A stretch of DNA of 64,000 nucleotides from Opitutales bacterium (GTDB taxonomy: Bacteria; Verrucomicrobiota; Verrucomicrobiia; Opitutales; JABSRG01), in contig JBMYOQ010000001.1 of assembly GCA_049599475.1 (NCBI GenBank), positions 96,500-160,499 on the forward strand, read 5' to 3'. Of the stretch, positions 1 to 9,165 are shown piece by piece. The notes beneath the pieces are model-generated. The model saw nothing but the letters and a program-made list of their open reading frames with translations, had not been told where the DNA came from and searched no databases. Both the position numbers and the translations under genes were made by a program. The stretch's first letter is position 1, and each line of letters opens with the position of its first letter.

Positions 1-423
1 GTCGAGCATGAGATCGATATCGAATTCCGAAATTTCCAGAGCAATTAGCAGCGCGCGTAAGCCCTCTGCATTGGCTTCATTGAGCGGAAGTTTCCCTGAT
101 TCGTCTTCGATATTAATATTTACCTCATACCCATTAGAAGGCGTGTAATCCGCCTGACTCATTGCAGCGGACCATCCTTGTTGTGGACCATAGAGCTTGC
201 CGTCGAAGAGTTTGATCTCTGCCAGAGCTGCCATGCCGGCCATCATCGCGGAATAGGCCTCGCGCTGAAGGTCGGGACGATTGTCGTGTAGGCCGCGATA
301 AGAGATATCGCGGATCGCGCGTTCGATGATCAAGGTGATCATTAGGGAGGCGATGAATATCATCCCAAGCACCGCGACTAAGACACTGCCGCGGCGAAAA
401 GACTGAGCTTTGCTGGCGGACAT
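1..423 (-). CDS. gspK: Type II secretion protein GspK-like (partial, runs off the window start)
   Basis: Manual translation from ATG at 423: MSASKAQSFRRGSVLVAVLGMIFIASLMITL...IEDESGKLPLN. It has a GspK-type RG+hydrophobic N-terminus and a DESGK(L/I)xLN motif, and follows gspJ. Absent from the ORF track. Confidence 0.8.
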   Translation of the reverse strand, partial: MSASKAQSFRRGSVLVAVLGMIFIASLMITLIIERAIRDISYRGLHDNRPDLQREAYSAMMAGMAALAEIKLFDGKLYGPQQGWSAAMSQADYTPSNGYEVNINIEDESGKLPLNEANAEGLRALLIALEISEFDIDLMLD

Positions 424-425
424 TA

Positions 426-1091
426 TTAGAGAATAAGCGGGTGGCTATCAGGGTCGGGCAGGGAAATCCGGATTTTCTTCCCGGGAGAATCATCCGAATG
501 CTTAAAGGTGAGTTCGAGGTATTCAGGCATCTCGAGTTGGCCGTCATCGCCCTCTATTGGGTCGTCTTCCTCTTCCCAGCGCTCGTCTTCTTCATCGAAA
601 TAGAAATATGCAATTTCGCTCAGCTGGTTGGTGATTTCTATTTTAAAGAGGGCGGGCTCGTTCTCGTTTTCAATAGGCATCATGCTTGGGCGCCATAGGA
701 GAATGAAGTCCTCGGGATCCGTGACCTTGAGATAACACTGAATCGTCGATGGCGTAATATCGCCGTAAGTGAAGAGCGGGTTGGGCTGAGAGAGTTGAAA
801 TTTGAAAAACTCCGGCTCGCGATTCTCATCGCCGGGCAGTGATGACCAGTTGAGCTTATCTTCGGCTGCTTGGCTCTCGAGCATCATTTGCCTCAGGAAG
901 CTGGATACGCCCTGGATGTGCTCGTCGCGGGCGTTGAGAAAGGTCTCCCGAGAATAAGCCTGGGCCGTTGAATACAGGAAACTCGCCATCGCCGCCATCA
1001 CCATTCCGGAGATCGCTACGGCGAGGATCACTTCAATGAGTGTGAAGCCGCGGCTTCTCGAAGTGACTGAAACTGTGGAGTTTACTGCCAT
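426..1091 (-). CDS. gspJ: Minor pseudopilin, GspJ-like
   Basis: Prepilin motif RGFTLIEVILAVAI; position in the G-H-I-J-K series. Confidence 0.75.
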   Translation of the reverse strand: MAVNSTVSVTSRSRGFTLIEVILAVAISGMVMAAMASFLYSTAQAYSRETFLNARDEHIQGVSSFLRQMMLESQAAEDKLNWSSLPGDENREPEFFKFQLSQPNPLFTYGDITPSTIQCYLKVTDPEDFILLWRPSMMPIENENEPALFKIEITNQLSEIAYFYFDEEDERWEEEDDPIEGDDGQLEMPEYLELTFKHSDDSPGKKIRISLPDPDSHPLIL

Positions 1092-1540
1092 TGTTTCCTA
1101 AAACGCTCCGCCTCGCGGTTTTCCTTCTTTTCATTGAGAAGACTTTCTCGATCGATGGGGTCCATCCAGCCTTCGCGATATAGATAAACGGTAAATGTGT
1201 CCGAGTATTCGGGGTAGGTATCGCTCTCGGGGAGTTCGATACTGAATTTTACTTTGAGCAGATCCAGGGTTTCAGTCTCCTCGACTTCGGCCTCCCAGGT
1301 GGCTGTGTTGTTGTTGGGCAGGGGTACATCGCCGCCATCCTCGAAGGTTTCGCGGTCGTGATTCATCATCGCTTGGCGGGCTACGAATTCGACATCGTAG
1401 TACAGGCTATCGTAGGCCTCGAGCGAACCGACGGCGGTGATAGCGTTTACGAGGGCCTGTGCGAGGATCCCGACACTTACGCCGAGTATCGCGATCGCTA
1501 AGAGCACTTCGACTAGGCTGAAGCCAAGGGCGCGTTTCAT
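1082..1540 (-). CDS. gspI: Minor pseudopilin, GspI-like
   Basis: Prepilin motif GFSLVEVLLAIAIL; size and gene order. Confidence 0.7.
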   Translation of the reverse strand: MKRALGFSLVEVLLAIAILGVSVGILAQALVNAITAVGSLEAYDSLYYDVEFVARQAMMNHDRETFEDGGDVPLPNNNTATWEAEVEETETLDLLKVKFSIELPESDTYPEYSDTFTVYLYREGWMDPIDRESLLNEKKENREAERFRKQWQ

Positions 1541-2067
1541 AGATCCTCCTCCGGGGCAATAGGAAGGGAAGAAAAGGGATCGATTGTTCGAGTGAATTCT
1601 ATCGAGCCATCCTTGATATTTAAGATGAAAGGCGTGCTTACGCGTTGAGGAGAGAAAGCGACGCGTTTCAGTTCGTTTTCTCCGCGCTGACGAAAGTCGA
1701 AGGGCGTGCGTTCGTGGAATTCGCTTGGCACGCTTTGAAACATCACCTCGAGTTCGTCTTGATCCACCGGGATGTTGCGCTCGAGGACAATTTTCTCAAT
1801 GACTCCGCCGTTCAGCGTCGAAATTTCAAAGGCGCGGTTCTCCGCATTCCAGCTGAGGTAGGTCCACTCCTGTTCCGAAATTGCAGCAATACGCGCGGTG
1901 CGGATTGCTTGGAGTGCTACATTCTCCGGAGGCTCTGACTGGCCGCTGTCTCCGAGCATATCGAAGCTGACGACTGTCATTGCCGTGGCCACCGAGATCA
2001 GTGCGAAGACCAGGACGATCTCGATTAAGGAGAACCCGCGAACTCTCTGACGACTAAAGCGCGGCAT
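1537..2067 (-). CDS. gspH: Minor pseudopilin, GspH/FimT-like
   Basis: Prepilin motif RGFSLIEIVLVFAL; ARIAAISE segment; gene order. Confidence 0.7.
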   Translation of the reverse strand: MPRFSRQRVRGFSLIEIVLVFALISVATAMTVVSFDMLGDSGQSEPPENVALQAIRTARIAAISEQEWTYLSWNAENRAFEISTLNGGVIEKIVLERNIPVDQDELEVMFQSVPSEFHERTPFDFRQRGENELKRVAFSPQRVSTPFILNIKDGSIEFTRTIDPFSSLPIAPEEDL

Positions 2068-2105
2068 TCTTAGGAACCTTGAAATGTGTCGAGGTGTGGG
2101 ACCCC

Positions 2106-2561
2106 TTACTGCGTGCCGCCTGTTTGCCAGTTACCAATGTCGTCGGCTGTGCCTGATTGCAGGTCGGGTCCTGAGGACCATACGTCGTAGCCGCGCGGGT
2201 TGTTTGTGCCCGGAGATTTGTAATTGTAAGGCGTGTTCCAAGGGTCGTTGGGAAGTGTCTCCATGTAGGGGCCGCGCCAGCGTCCTGCTTTGCCGGCCGG
2301 AGCGGTTACCAATGCGCGGAGGCCTTCTTCGCTCGTAGGGTAGGTGCCAATGTCCTTTTTATACATGGTCAATGGGACCTTCACGGTCGCGGTGACCCAC
2401 ATGTTTGCGCCGTCCTCTTGGCCAGCGCCGAAAATATTGTCTACGTTTTGCACGAGTACCACGGCCAGTATGCCAATGAGGGCAAATACGAGAACGATTT
2501 CAATGAGAGAGAAGCCGGCGGTGCGCTTGCGGCGAATGTCAGAAGGGGTCTTGAGTTTCAT
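2106..2561 (-). CDS. gspG: Major pseudopilin GspG
   Basis: GFSLIE prepilin motif, YPTSEEGLRALV, WRGPY, DPWNTPYNY, SSGPD...DDIGNW. Confidence 0.93.
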   Translation of the reverse strand: MKLKTPSDIRRKRTAGFSLIEIVLVFALIGILAVVLVQNVDNIFGAGQEDGANMWVTATVKVPLTMYKKDIGTYPTSEEGLRALVTAPAGKAGRWRGPYMETLPNDPWNTPYNYKSPGTNNPRGYDVWSSGPDLQSGTADDIGNWQTGGTQ

Positions 2562-2583
2562 GACGAAAATGAATTGTGGCTGA

Positions 2584-3513
2584 TTAACCCACCCAGAGGC
2601 GGAGTGATTGCAAGAGAAAGGTTTCTAGTGCAGCGGTTTCCTTGAGGTTTACCTCAAGCAGTCGCGTTTGATGTTCCAGAGATTCAATACTCTTTTTCAT
2701 CGCACGGACTTTTTGAGGGGCAGCCTCAAGCAAGCTACATCCGATAGAACGCGTGGATTGCTCGATTTCCTTCAAAAGTTTGTGGCGTGTGCTCTTCATG
2801 GTGCCCGCTTCGAGTGCAGTCAGTTGCTCGTCGGACAGGGTGTCGATGGGCAAATCAGCCTTTCGCGCCTGCCATGCGGCTTCGCTGAGATGCTTGAGGA
2901 TCGATTCGAAGCGGAAAACGAGACCGTATACGGTGAGCGTCAATTCGGTAACTTTCGAGCGTTCACTCGGATTTAAGGAAACGAGCCCGAGGATCCACCC
3001 TTCGTAGTCTTTGAGCCATTCGGCCCAGGACGCGTCATCAATAGCGGGTTCGATGGCCGGGACGTGGAAAAATTGGCAACGGCTCCGGATGGTATCCAGC
3101 AGCTCGTAGGGCCGGGTGCTCAGAAGAAAGAGGTTGGTATCTACCGGAGGCTCCTCGAGTGTCTTCAGGAACGCGTTGGCGCTTGTGGCGTGCATGCGCT
3201 CGGCCTCGTAGACAATGCCCACCTTGCGCTCGCCTTGGCTGGCGGAGTGCTGAATTTTTCGAGTCAGCTCGCGGGTGTTCTCGGCATTAATCTGCCGCAT
3301 TTTGTTGGCCGCGCGCAGGGTAAAGCAATCCGGGTGCTCAAGCGGGTTTTGAGGCTCTGCTACCGTGAGCAAGTCTCGTGTCACCTCCAGTGCGGTCTCC
3401 TCGAGAGTATCCAAACTCTCGCCATAGAGTAAGATGGCTTGGGCGAGGCGGTTGTTCGAGAGAGCGCGATCCAGGACCTGAAAGGCGCGAGTATCTCTAA
3501 TCTGCGTAGGCAA
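2584..3513 (-). CDS. holB: DNA polymerase III delta-prime subunit
   Basis: HPD, SANAFLKTLEEPP, TIRSRC; follows tmk. Confidence 0.9.
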   Translation of the reverse strand: MPTQIRDTRAFQVLDRALSNNRLAQAILLYGESLDTLEETALEVTRDLLTVAEPQNPLEHPDCFTLRAANKMRQINAENTRELTRKIQHSASQGERKVGIVYEAERMHATSANAFLKTLEEPPVDTNLFLLSTRPYELLDTIRSRCQFFHVPAIEPAIDDASWAEWLKDYEGWILGLVSLNPSERSKVTELTLTVYGLVFRFESILKHLSEAAWQARKADLPIDTLSDEQLTALEAGTMKSTRHKLLKEIEQSTRSIGCSLLEAAPQKVRAMKKSIESLEHQTRLLEVNLKETAALETFLLQSLRLWVG

Positions 3514-4165
3514 AGCGTTTACAGATTTCTTCCCAGATCTGGGATTCGATCACCTCTTCGGGCTGAGTGCCGTCGAATACGACGAAACGGTCGGGCATTT
3601 CCTTCGCGAGTACGAGATAGCCTTCGCGAACAGATTTGTAGAACTCGATGCTCTCTTCTTCCATGCGGTCAGGGACATCGGAGCTGCGCATGCGGACTCG
3701 CTTGTGGCTGACTTCGTGTGGGACGTCGAGAACGATGGTGAGGTCAGGAACGAGGCTGCCAGCAGCGAAATCGTTGATCATTCGCACGGGATCCTCAGAT
3801 AGCTGGCGGGCCGCACCTTGGTAGACTGTAGTCGAATCCAAAAAGCGGTCGCTCAAAATAGTTTTACCCGATTCAAGGGCTGGCAAAATGACTTCTCTTA
3901 CGAGCTGGGCTCTTGCTGCTGCGAACAGGAGGAGCTCGGACTCAGAAAAAAGTGAACGTCCCAATTCTGAGTGCTTCAGGAGGTGACGGATTTCCTCTCC
4001 GACGTCGGTGCCTCCGGGCTCGCGGGTGACTATGACATCCTCTTCGGATTGTTGGAATAGGCGTGCAATGCGACTGATTTGGGTGGATTTTCCACAGCCT
4101 TCAGCCCCTTCGAACGAAATCAAAATCCCGCGTGAAGCTGTGGGATCAAATACTTCTTCTGACAT
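3497..4165 (-). CDS. tmk: Thymidylate kinase
   Basis: FEGAEGCGKST P-loop, TREPGGT, DRFLDS. Confidence 0.96.
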   Translation of the reverse strand: MSEEVFDPTASRGILISFEGAEGCGKSTQISRIARLFQQSEEDVIVTREPGGTDVGEEIRHLLKHSELGRSLFSESELLLFAAARAQLVREVILPALESGKTILSDRFLDSTTVYQGAARQLSEDPVRMINDFAAGSLVPDLTIVLDVPHEVSHKRVRMRSSDVPDRMEEESIEFYKSVREGYLVLAKEMPDRFVVFDGTQPEEVIESQIWEEICKRFAYAD

Positions 4166-4238
4166 AACCTTACTCTTACGGGTCCCTCTCGCTAAAGTAA
4201 AGGCCGAGCTTCAAATTTAACGATACTGTCTTATCAGC

Positions 4239-4580
4239 CTATTGCTTCTTTTGCAGATCTTCGGGATTGGTCTGGCTGAGTGCCCAAATCAGATACGGGG
4301 GAGCTACATCCTTTGCCCGGCAGGCAAGCCACTGAGGATTGTCATAGGGGTGGTGTTGCTGGATAAAAGCGGAAAGATTTGCCGCGTGAGATTTTGGAAA
4401 TTTAACCGTCAGCCGAAATTCCGTTTCCCGCGTCAGCTCCCCTTTCCAGCGATAAGTACTCTTGATCGGGCCATCGACTTGGGCACAAGCAGCCAAGCCC
4501 TCCATGACCAGGCGGTCACCGAGTTTTTGCGCGTCCTCTTCGCTGGCAAATGTGGACCAGCCAATCATCAGTTTCTTCAT
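4239..4580 (-). CDS. cutA: Divalent-cation tolerance protein CutA
   Basis: LAACAQV, STYRWKG, HHPYDNP. Confidence 0.9.
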   Translation of the reverse strand: MKKLMIGWSTFASEEDAQKLGDRLVMEGLAACAQVDGPIKSTYRWKGELTRETEFRLTVKFPKSHAANLSAFIQQHHPYDNPQWLACRAKDVAPPYLIWALSQTNPEDLQKKQ

Positions 4581-4589
4581 ATCACGGGT

Positions 4590-4730
4590 CTAGTGACGGA
4601 TACTGTTGATTGTCGACCCACAATCTGGCGAGTGAAAGGGAAGCGACTCTTTGTTACCTGATCGTAATAAACGAGCGTGTTCGTTTCTAGGGCTCTCGCT
4701 ACTCTGAACGGTGTGATCCGTATAACCAGC
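4590..4730. ncRNA. Candidate structured non-coding RNA (nested rod with a side hairpin; 6S-like possible)
   Basis: Nested complementary segments acggat/atccgt, actgtt/aacggt, tggcgag/ctcgcta, aagcga/tcgttt, ttac/gtaa, plus hairpin gattgt-cgaccc-acaatc. Confidence 0.4.
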
Positions 4731-4765
4731 AACCAACCCCCAAAAACTAACAACCAATAACCAAC
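4724..4765. repeat. Degenerate 7-bp tandem repeat (AACCAAC-like, about 6 units)
   Basis: aaccagc aaccaac ccccaaa aactaac aaccaat aaccaac. Confidence 0.55.
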
Positions 4766-4778
4766 ACCCCAAAACGAA

Positions 4779-5039
4779 CTACAGCCCCAGTGCTTTCTTG
4801 ATGTCTGGGCGTTTGTTGACCGCGTCCATGAATTCGTCCGTATCGAAGTCGGCTACCATGAAGTCACCGTATTCGAGAGTCGGCGTTTTGCTCTGCTTGC
4901 TAATTTGGAACATGCGGTCGCGCGCCTTCGAGTCGCGATGCACATCCTTAATTACGAGGTCTACATTCTTCGCTTTAAAGAATTTCTCTGCGGCGATGCA
5001 CCATGGGCAGCCGGATTTTACATACATGATGGGTTTCAT
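4779..5039 (-). CDS. Glutaredoxin family protein
   Basis: MKPIMYVKSGCPWC redox motif, SKQSKTP; start shortened to avoid overlap with uvrA. Confidence 0.85.
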   Translation of the reverse strand: MKPIMYVKSGCPWCIAAEKFFKAKNVDLVIKDVHRDSKARDRMFQISKQSKTPTLEYGDFMVADFDTDEFMDAVNKRPDIKKALGL

Positions 5040-5162
5040 AATTTTTAAATGATTGGGTTTACCTGTAGGAGCTGTGAGCCGTTGATTTCTTCCTAACTCT
5101 AAAACGCATTGGCTCCTGTCCTTGTCAAATCGCCAGGAGCGATCAATGTTTATTGTTTTGCC

Positions 5163-8012
5163 ATGCAGGGAACCATTCACATTAAAGGTGCACGTGAGCA
5201 CAATCTGAAGAATCTCGAGTTGGAGATTCCTCGGGAGAAGCTTGTCGTGATTACAGGAGTGAGTGGATCGGGGAAATCTTCATTGGCCTTCGATACGATT
5301 TATGCCGAGGGTTACCGCAAATATATCGATAGTCTCTCGACTAAGGCGCGGCAGGTTTTAGAGCAAATCTCTCGGCCAGATGTGGATTACATTCAGGGGC
5401 TTTCTCCGGTGATCGCTATTGAGCAGCGGACCGCTGGAGGCTCGAATCCACGGAGCACCGTGGCGACTGTCACAGAGATTGCGGATTATGCGCGCCTATT
5501 GTGGTCGGTGAAAGGGGAGTCCTTCTGTCCTAAAGATGGTGGGCGCATTCTTCGGCGCAGCCTCGACGATTGTATCCATCGTATTTTCCAAGAACCCGAA
5601 GGTGCGCGTATGATGATCCTGGCTCCGGTGCTGGATGCGAAGCCCTCGCTTTTGCGGGAAGAGTTGCCGCGCCTCCGACAACGAGGGTTTTCGCGGATTC
5701 GCATTTACGACGAAATAAAAGAGCTTGAATACAATGACTTGGTGCGACCCGGCAAAGACCCAGTAAAGGTCGACTTGGTTGTGGACCGTGTAGTCCTGCG
5801 ACCAGATCAGCGGTCGCGCATCGCGGATTCTCTGGAATTGGCCTTTCGTGAAGGAGGTGATCGTGCGATTATTTTGTCTCAGGAAAACCGTGACGCAGAA
5901 TGGAAAGAGTTTTCGTTATCACAGCACCTTTCCTGTGAAATATGCGGGACCGTGTATCCTGCCCTGACGCCGAAGCATTTTTCATGGAATCATGTCGATG
6001 GCGCTTGCGAGACGTGCGGGGGCCTCGGGTCTGTGCGCGACTTTGTCGATGAACTCCTAGTCCCGGATACTAAGAAATCCGTAAAGAATGGTGCCATCAA
6101 GCCTTGGCGTCTCGGATCGAAGGCGATGATCATTAAGCGCAATGCGATCCTGAAACAGCTCGCTGAGCAGATGCCGTTTGATCCGAATGCTCCATGGGAG
6201 ACACTCGATCCTGACGTGCGGCGGAGCATTCTGCGAGGAACCGGCGACCGTTTATTCTCATTCAAGCTGAAACCAGGGAATACCAAGCCGGAGCTTTTAC
6301 CGTTTGCCGGTGTGATCGCTGATCTCGAAGAATCTTTTCGGACTAGCTCGAGCGATGGCTTGCGTGCGAAACTCAGTTTGTACCAATCTTCCAAGACATG
6401 TCCTGACTGTAATGGGTCGCGCTTAAACAGGCAGGCTGTCTCTGTCCGACTTGAAGGGCAGACTTTTCCTGGATTTTTGGAATCAAGTATCGAGGAAGCA
6501 TCGGAATTTATAGATGCTAACGTGTTGGGGAAATCTGAATACAAGCCAGTGGCAGATGCTGTGTCAGGTTTGTCTCAACGGCTCCATTTTCTGCGCAAAG
6601 TGGGCCTGGGTTATCTAGGCTTGAGCCGATTATACAATACCTTGTCTGGAGGAGAGGCCCAGCGGGTGCGCTTGGCAACCCAGCTAGGTATGGGGCTTGT
6701 CGGTGTGGTGTATGTGCTGGATGAGCCGAGCATCGGATTGCATGCTGTCGATAATCAGCGGCTCATCAAAACGCTTTTGGAGCTGCGTGATCGTGGAAAT
6801 AGCGTGATCGTGGTAGAGCATGATGAAGAGACGATGCTTGCTGCTGATCAGCTCATCGAGATTGGGCCGAGCGCTGGAAGTAGCGGAGGTGAGCTTATCT
6901 TCCAAGGGACTCCGCATGAGTGTATGAATACGCGCAGGAGCCGGACGGGACCCTTCCTCTCCGGTGTTGATCGAATTGCGCGTGAGGCTGCATTGCGTGG
7001 GGGCGGCGGTTCACAGATTTTGATCGAAGGAGCTGCAGAGCATAATTTGAAAGACGTCGATGTCGGGATACCGCTGGGGGCTTTGACGGTAGTCTGTGGT
7101 GTCTCGGGTTCCGGCAAGAGCACGCTTATCAACGATGTCCTTGGAAAGACTGCAGCCTTTAAGCTCAACGGAGCCCGAGACCTCCCTGGGAAAAATAAGG
7201 GTATCTTTGGTTTGGAGCAGTTGCTGTCGGTGATCCGGGTGGATCAATCTCCGATTGGACGCAGTCCGCGCTCGAACCCGGCGACGTTTACCAAGATATT
7301 CGATACCTTGCGGGATTTCTTCTCCAAGACCTCCTTGGCAAAAGTGCGGGGCTATACCGCGAGTCGTTTTAGTTTTAATATTCCGGGCGGTCGTTGTGAG
7401 CGCTGCAAGGGAGACGGAGCTATAAAGCTCGATATGCAGTTTTTGGCGGATGCCTATGTCGAATGTCCAAGCTGCAACGGTAAGCGGTACAACCGTGAGA
7501 CCTTGGAGGTGATGTTTAAAGGGTATTCCATTGCGGATGTCCTAGATATGACTGTATCCGATGCGTTGGTACTATTCGAAAAAGTACCGAAATTGCGTGA
7601 ACGTCTTGAGACGTTGGCAACGGTTGGCTTGGGCTATATCAAGCTAGGGCAACCAGCTCCTACACTCTCTGGAGGAGAGGCACAGCGGATAAAACTTTCA
7701 CTCGAGCTTAGCAAACGTAGCCAAGGCAAAACCCTTTACATCTTGGATGAACCTACTACCGGGTTACACGCCGCGGATATCCAAAGGCTCATGGACCTTC
7801 TGTTTCGTTTGCGAGATCAGGGGAATACTGTTGTCGTAATCGAACATAACTTAGATGTGATCAATCTGGCTGATTGGATTATCGAAATGGGCCCCACGGG
7901 TGGCAGTGGCGGCGGACACTTACTCTTCGCAGATGAGAGGAGCGCATTTAGCAAGGCCGATACGCCTACGGGTAGGAGTCTCAAGGAACACTTGGCTAAA
8001 TTCGCTAAATAG
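5163..8012 (+). CDS. uvrA: Excinuclease ABC subunit A
   Basis: GAREHNLK, two GVSGSGKS Walker A motifs, LSGGEAQR signatures, CxxC zinc fingers; start at MQGTIH. Confidence 0.97.
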   Translation: MQGTIHIKGAREHNLKNLELEIPREKLVVITGVSGSGKSSLAFDTIYAEGYRKYIDSLSTKARQVLEQISRPDVDYIQGLSPVIAIEQRTAGGSNPRSTVATVTEIADYARLLWSVKGESFCPKDGGRILRRSLDDCIHRIFQEPEGARMMILAPVLDAKPSLLREELPRLRQRGFSRIRIYDEIKELEYNDLVRPGKDPVKVDLVVDRVVLRPDQRSRIADSLELAFREGGDRAIILSQENRDAEWKEFSLSQHLSCEICGTVYPALTPKHFSWNHVDGACETCGGLGSVRDFVDELLVPDTKKSVKNGAIKPWRLGSKAMIIKRNAILKQLAEQMPFDPNAPWETLDPDVRRSILRGTGDRLFSFKLKPGNTKPELLPFAGVIADLEESFRTSSSDGLRAKLSLYQSSKTCPDCNGSRLNRQAVSVRLEGQTFPGFLESSIEEASEFIDANVLGKSEYKPVADAVSGLSQRLHFLRKVGLGYLGLSRLYNTLSGGEAQRVRLATQLGMGLVGVVYVLDEPSIGLHAVDNQRLIKTLLELRDRGNSVIVVEHDEETMLAADQLIEIGPSAGSSGGELIFQGTPHECMNTRRSRTGPFLSGVDRIAREAALRGGGGSQILIEGAAEHNLKDVDVGIPLGALTVVCGVSGSGKSTLINDVLGKTAAFKLNGARDLPGKNKGIFGLEQLLSVIRVDQSPIGRSPRSNPATFTKIFDTLRDFFSKTSLAKVRGYTASRFSFNIPGGRCERCKGDGAIKLDMQFLADAYVECPSCNGKRYNRETLEVMFKGYSIADVLDMTVSDALVLFEKVPKLRERLETLATVGLGYIKLGQPAPTLSGGEAQRIKLSLELSKRSQGKTLYILDEPTTGLHAADIQRLMDLLFRLRDQGNTVVVIEHNLDVINLADWIIEMGPTGGSGGGHLLFADERSAFSKADTPTGRSLKEHLAKFAK

Positions 8013-8022
8013 GATTTGAAAA

Positions 8023-8169
8023 GTCTACGAAATACACAAAAAGCACGAAATTTCTTCGCTTACTGGAATGTCGAAAATTGCGGAATACAATTTCTCGTTA
8101 TCAGAAATTCGCCCTGATCAGTGCAATAAATGCACTTAGGTGTTTGTGCTTTTCGTGTATTTCGTGGAC
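8023..8169. repeat. Palindromic MITE/REP-like element, copy 1
   Basis: Arms gtctacgaaatacacaaaaagcac (8023-8046) and gtgcttttcgtgtatttcgtggac (8146-8169) are 22/24 complementary; a related copy lies at 35549-35617. Confidence 0.75.
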
Positions 8170-8203
8170 TCCCAATTCCCTTAAACCTGTTTTAAGCTTG
8201 TTC

Positions 8204-8218
8204 TGGCATGGCAAAAGC
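8204..8218 (+). promoter_or_regulatory. Putative sigma54 (-24/-12) promoter
   Basis: TGGCATGGCAAAAGC, giving GG-N10-GC spacing, 15 nt before the leader ATG. Confidence 0.55.
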
Positions 8219-8233
8219 TGTTTACTGCATCCA

Positions 8234-8332
8234 ATGAATTCTAAAGCAATGCCAACTATGAAACCGATGACCGCGCACAAATGTGTGAACGGTGCGGTGT
8301 GGCATGCGTGGAACATGGCCTGGCGATGGTGA
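8234..8332 (+). CDS. Trp-rich leader peptide (32 aa)
   Basis: MNSKAMPTMKPMTAHKCVNGAVWHAWNMAWRW*; 4 TGG in the last 10 codons; followed by antiterminator/terminator. Confidence 0.65.
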   Translation: MNSKAMPTMKPMTAHKCVNGAVWHAWNMAWRW

Positions 8333-8408
8333 GAGGAATAGAGACTAAAATCAATATCCAAACATCGAATCCAGGCCGCGAATTTACCAGAAAATCGCGG
8401 CCTTTTTT
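8317..8408 (+). terminator. Attenuator: antiterminator overlapping an intrinsic terminator
   Basis: Terminator aggccgcga(8373-8381)/tcgcggcct(8395-8403) plus T run; alternative pairing ggcctgg+cgatg (8317-8328) with catcg..ccaggcc (8363-8377). Confidence 0.7.
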
Positions 8409-8451
8409 GTGTCAAAAAAATCCCAGCAACCCTTTTTACAGAAATAGAGCC

Positions 8452-9165
8452 ATGAATACATTTTTAGAAAAACCCACTCAGATGCACCTCGAAAACATCG
8501 CCTTTTACGGGCGTACTTTCGATGAATATTGTGCAATCTTCAATCTGGATCCAGCGGAGCTTGAGGGGAAGCGTATCCTCGATACCGCATCAGGTTCCGC
8601 GTCCTTCGCCGCTGAATCATTGCATCGCGGTTACGATGTGACGGCGAGCGATCCGCTCTACGACCGAAGTGCTCCGTCGCTCGGACGTATCGGATCTATG
8701 GATATCGAGAGTGTAATAGCGAAAGCGCGCGAGGTGGAGAGTGTCTTTACCTTCAGTTATTATAAGTCGATTGATGAAGTCTACAAAGCGCGCTATAAGG
8801 CGATTCGAGGGTTTTTAGATGATTACCCGTCTGGACGAGCTCTAGGGCGTTATCAATGTGCATCTCTCCCGGACCTGCCCTTTAGCGATAACGCATTCGA
8901 TATTGTATTGAATGGACACTTTTTATTCCTTTATGCCGAGCGGTTAGGAGACGCGTTTGTGTTTAACGCAGTGAGCGAGTTACTGCGCGTTTCCAGCCGA
9001 TCGGTATACCTTTACCCACTGATCCAGCTAAATGGTCAAAAGTATCCACGGCTGGATGAGCTCGTTAAAAAAGTCGAAAACAACGGTGTTACTGCTGAGT
9101 TTAGGTCTTTGGAGTTTGAGTTTTTTAAGGGAGCAGACACGTGCTTGATATTAAACCAACCATGA
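8452..9165 (+). CDS. Class I SAM-dependent methyltransferase
   Basis: ILDTASGSASF motif I, LPFSDNAFDIVL, HFLFLY; start placed at MNTF, after the terminator. Confidence 0.85.
   Translation: MNTFLEKPTQMHLENIAFYGRTFDEYCAIFNLDPAELEGKRILDTASGSASFAAESLHRGYDVTASDPLYDRSAPSLGRIGSMDIESVIAKAREVESVFTFSYYKSIDEVYKARYKAIRGFLDDYPSGRALGRYQCASLPDLPFSDNAFDIVLNGHFLFLYAERLGDAFVFNAVSELLRVSSRSVYLYPLIQLNGQKYPRLDELVKKVENNGVTAEFRSLEFEFFKGADTCLILNQP

Noticed and set aside
134..547. 137-aa ORF from the track
   Set aside because: Alternative frame overlapping gspJ and gspK; the gspK frame from 423 carries the family motifs
4590..4730. 5S rRNA, SRP RNA, cobalamin riboswitch or hammerhead identity for the structured region
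   Set aside because: Their conserved sequence motifs are not present
5040..5201. Overlapping N-terminal extensions of glutaredoxin and UvrA
   Set aside because: Longest-ORF artefacts; the recognisable domains start at 5039 (-) and 5163 (+)
8281..8451. Longer start for the methyltransferase
   Set aside because: It would run through the leader and terminator; ATG 8452 is more plausible
8452..9165. Methyltransferase as the N-methyl-bacillithiol enzyme NmbA
   Set aside because: Separated from the bsh genes by ilvA on the opposite strand; no sequence evidence I can verify
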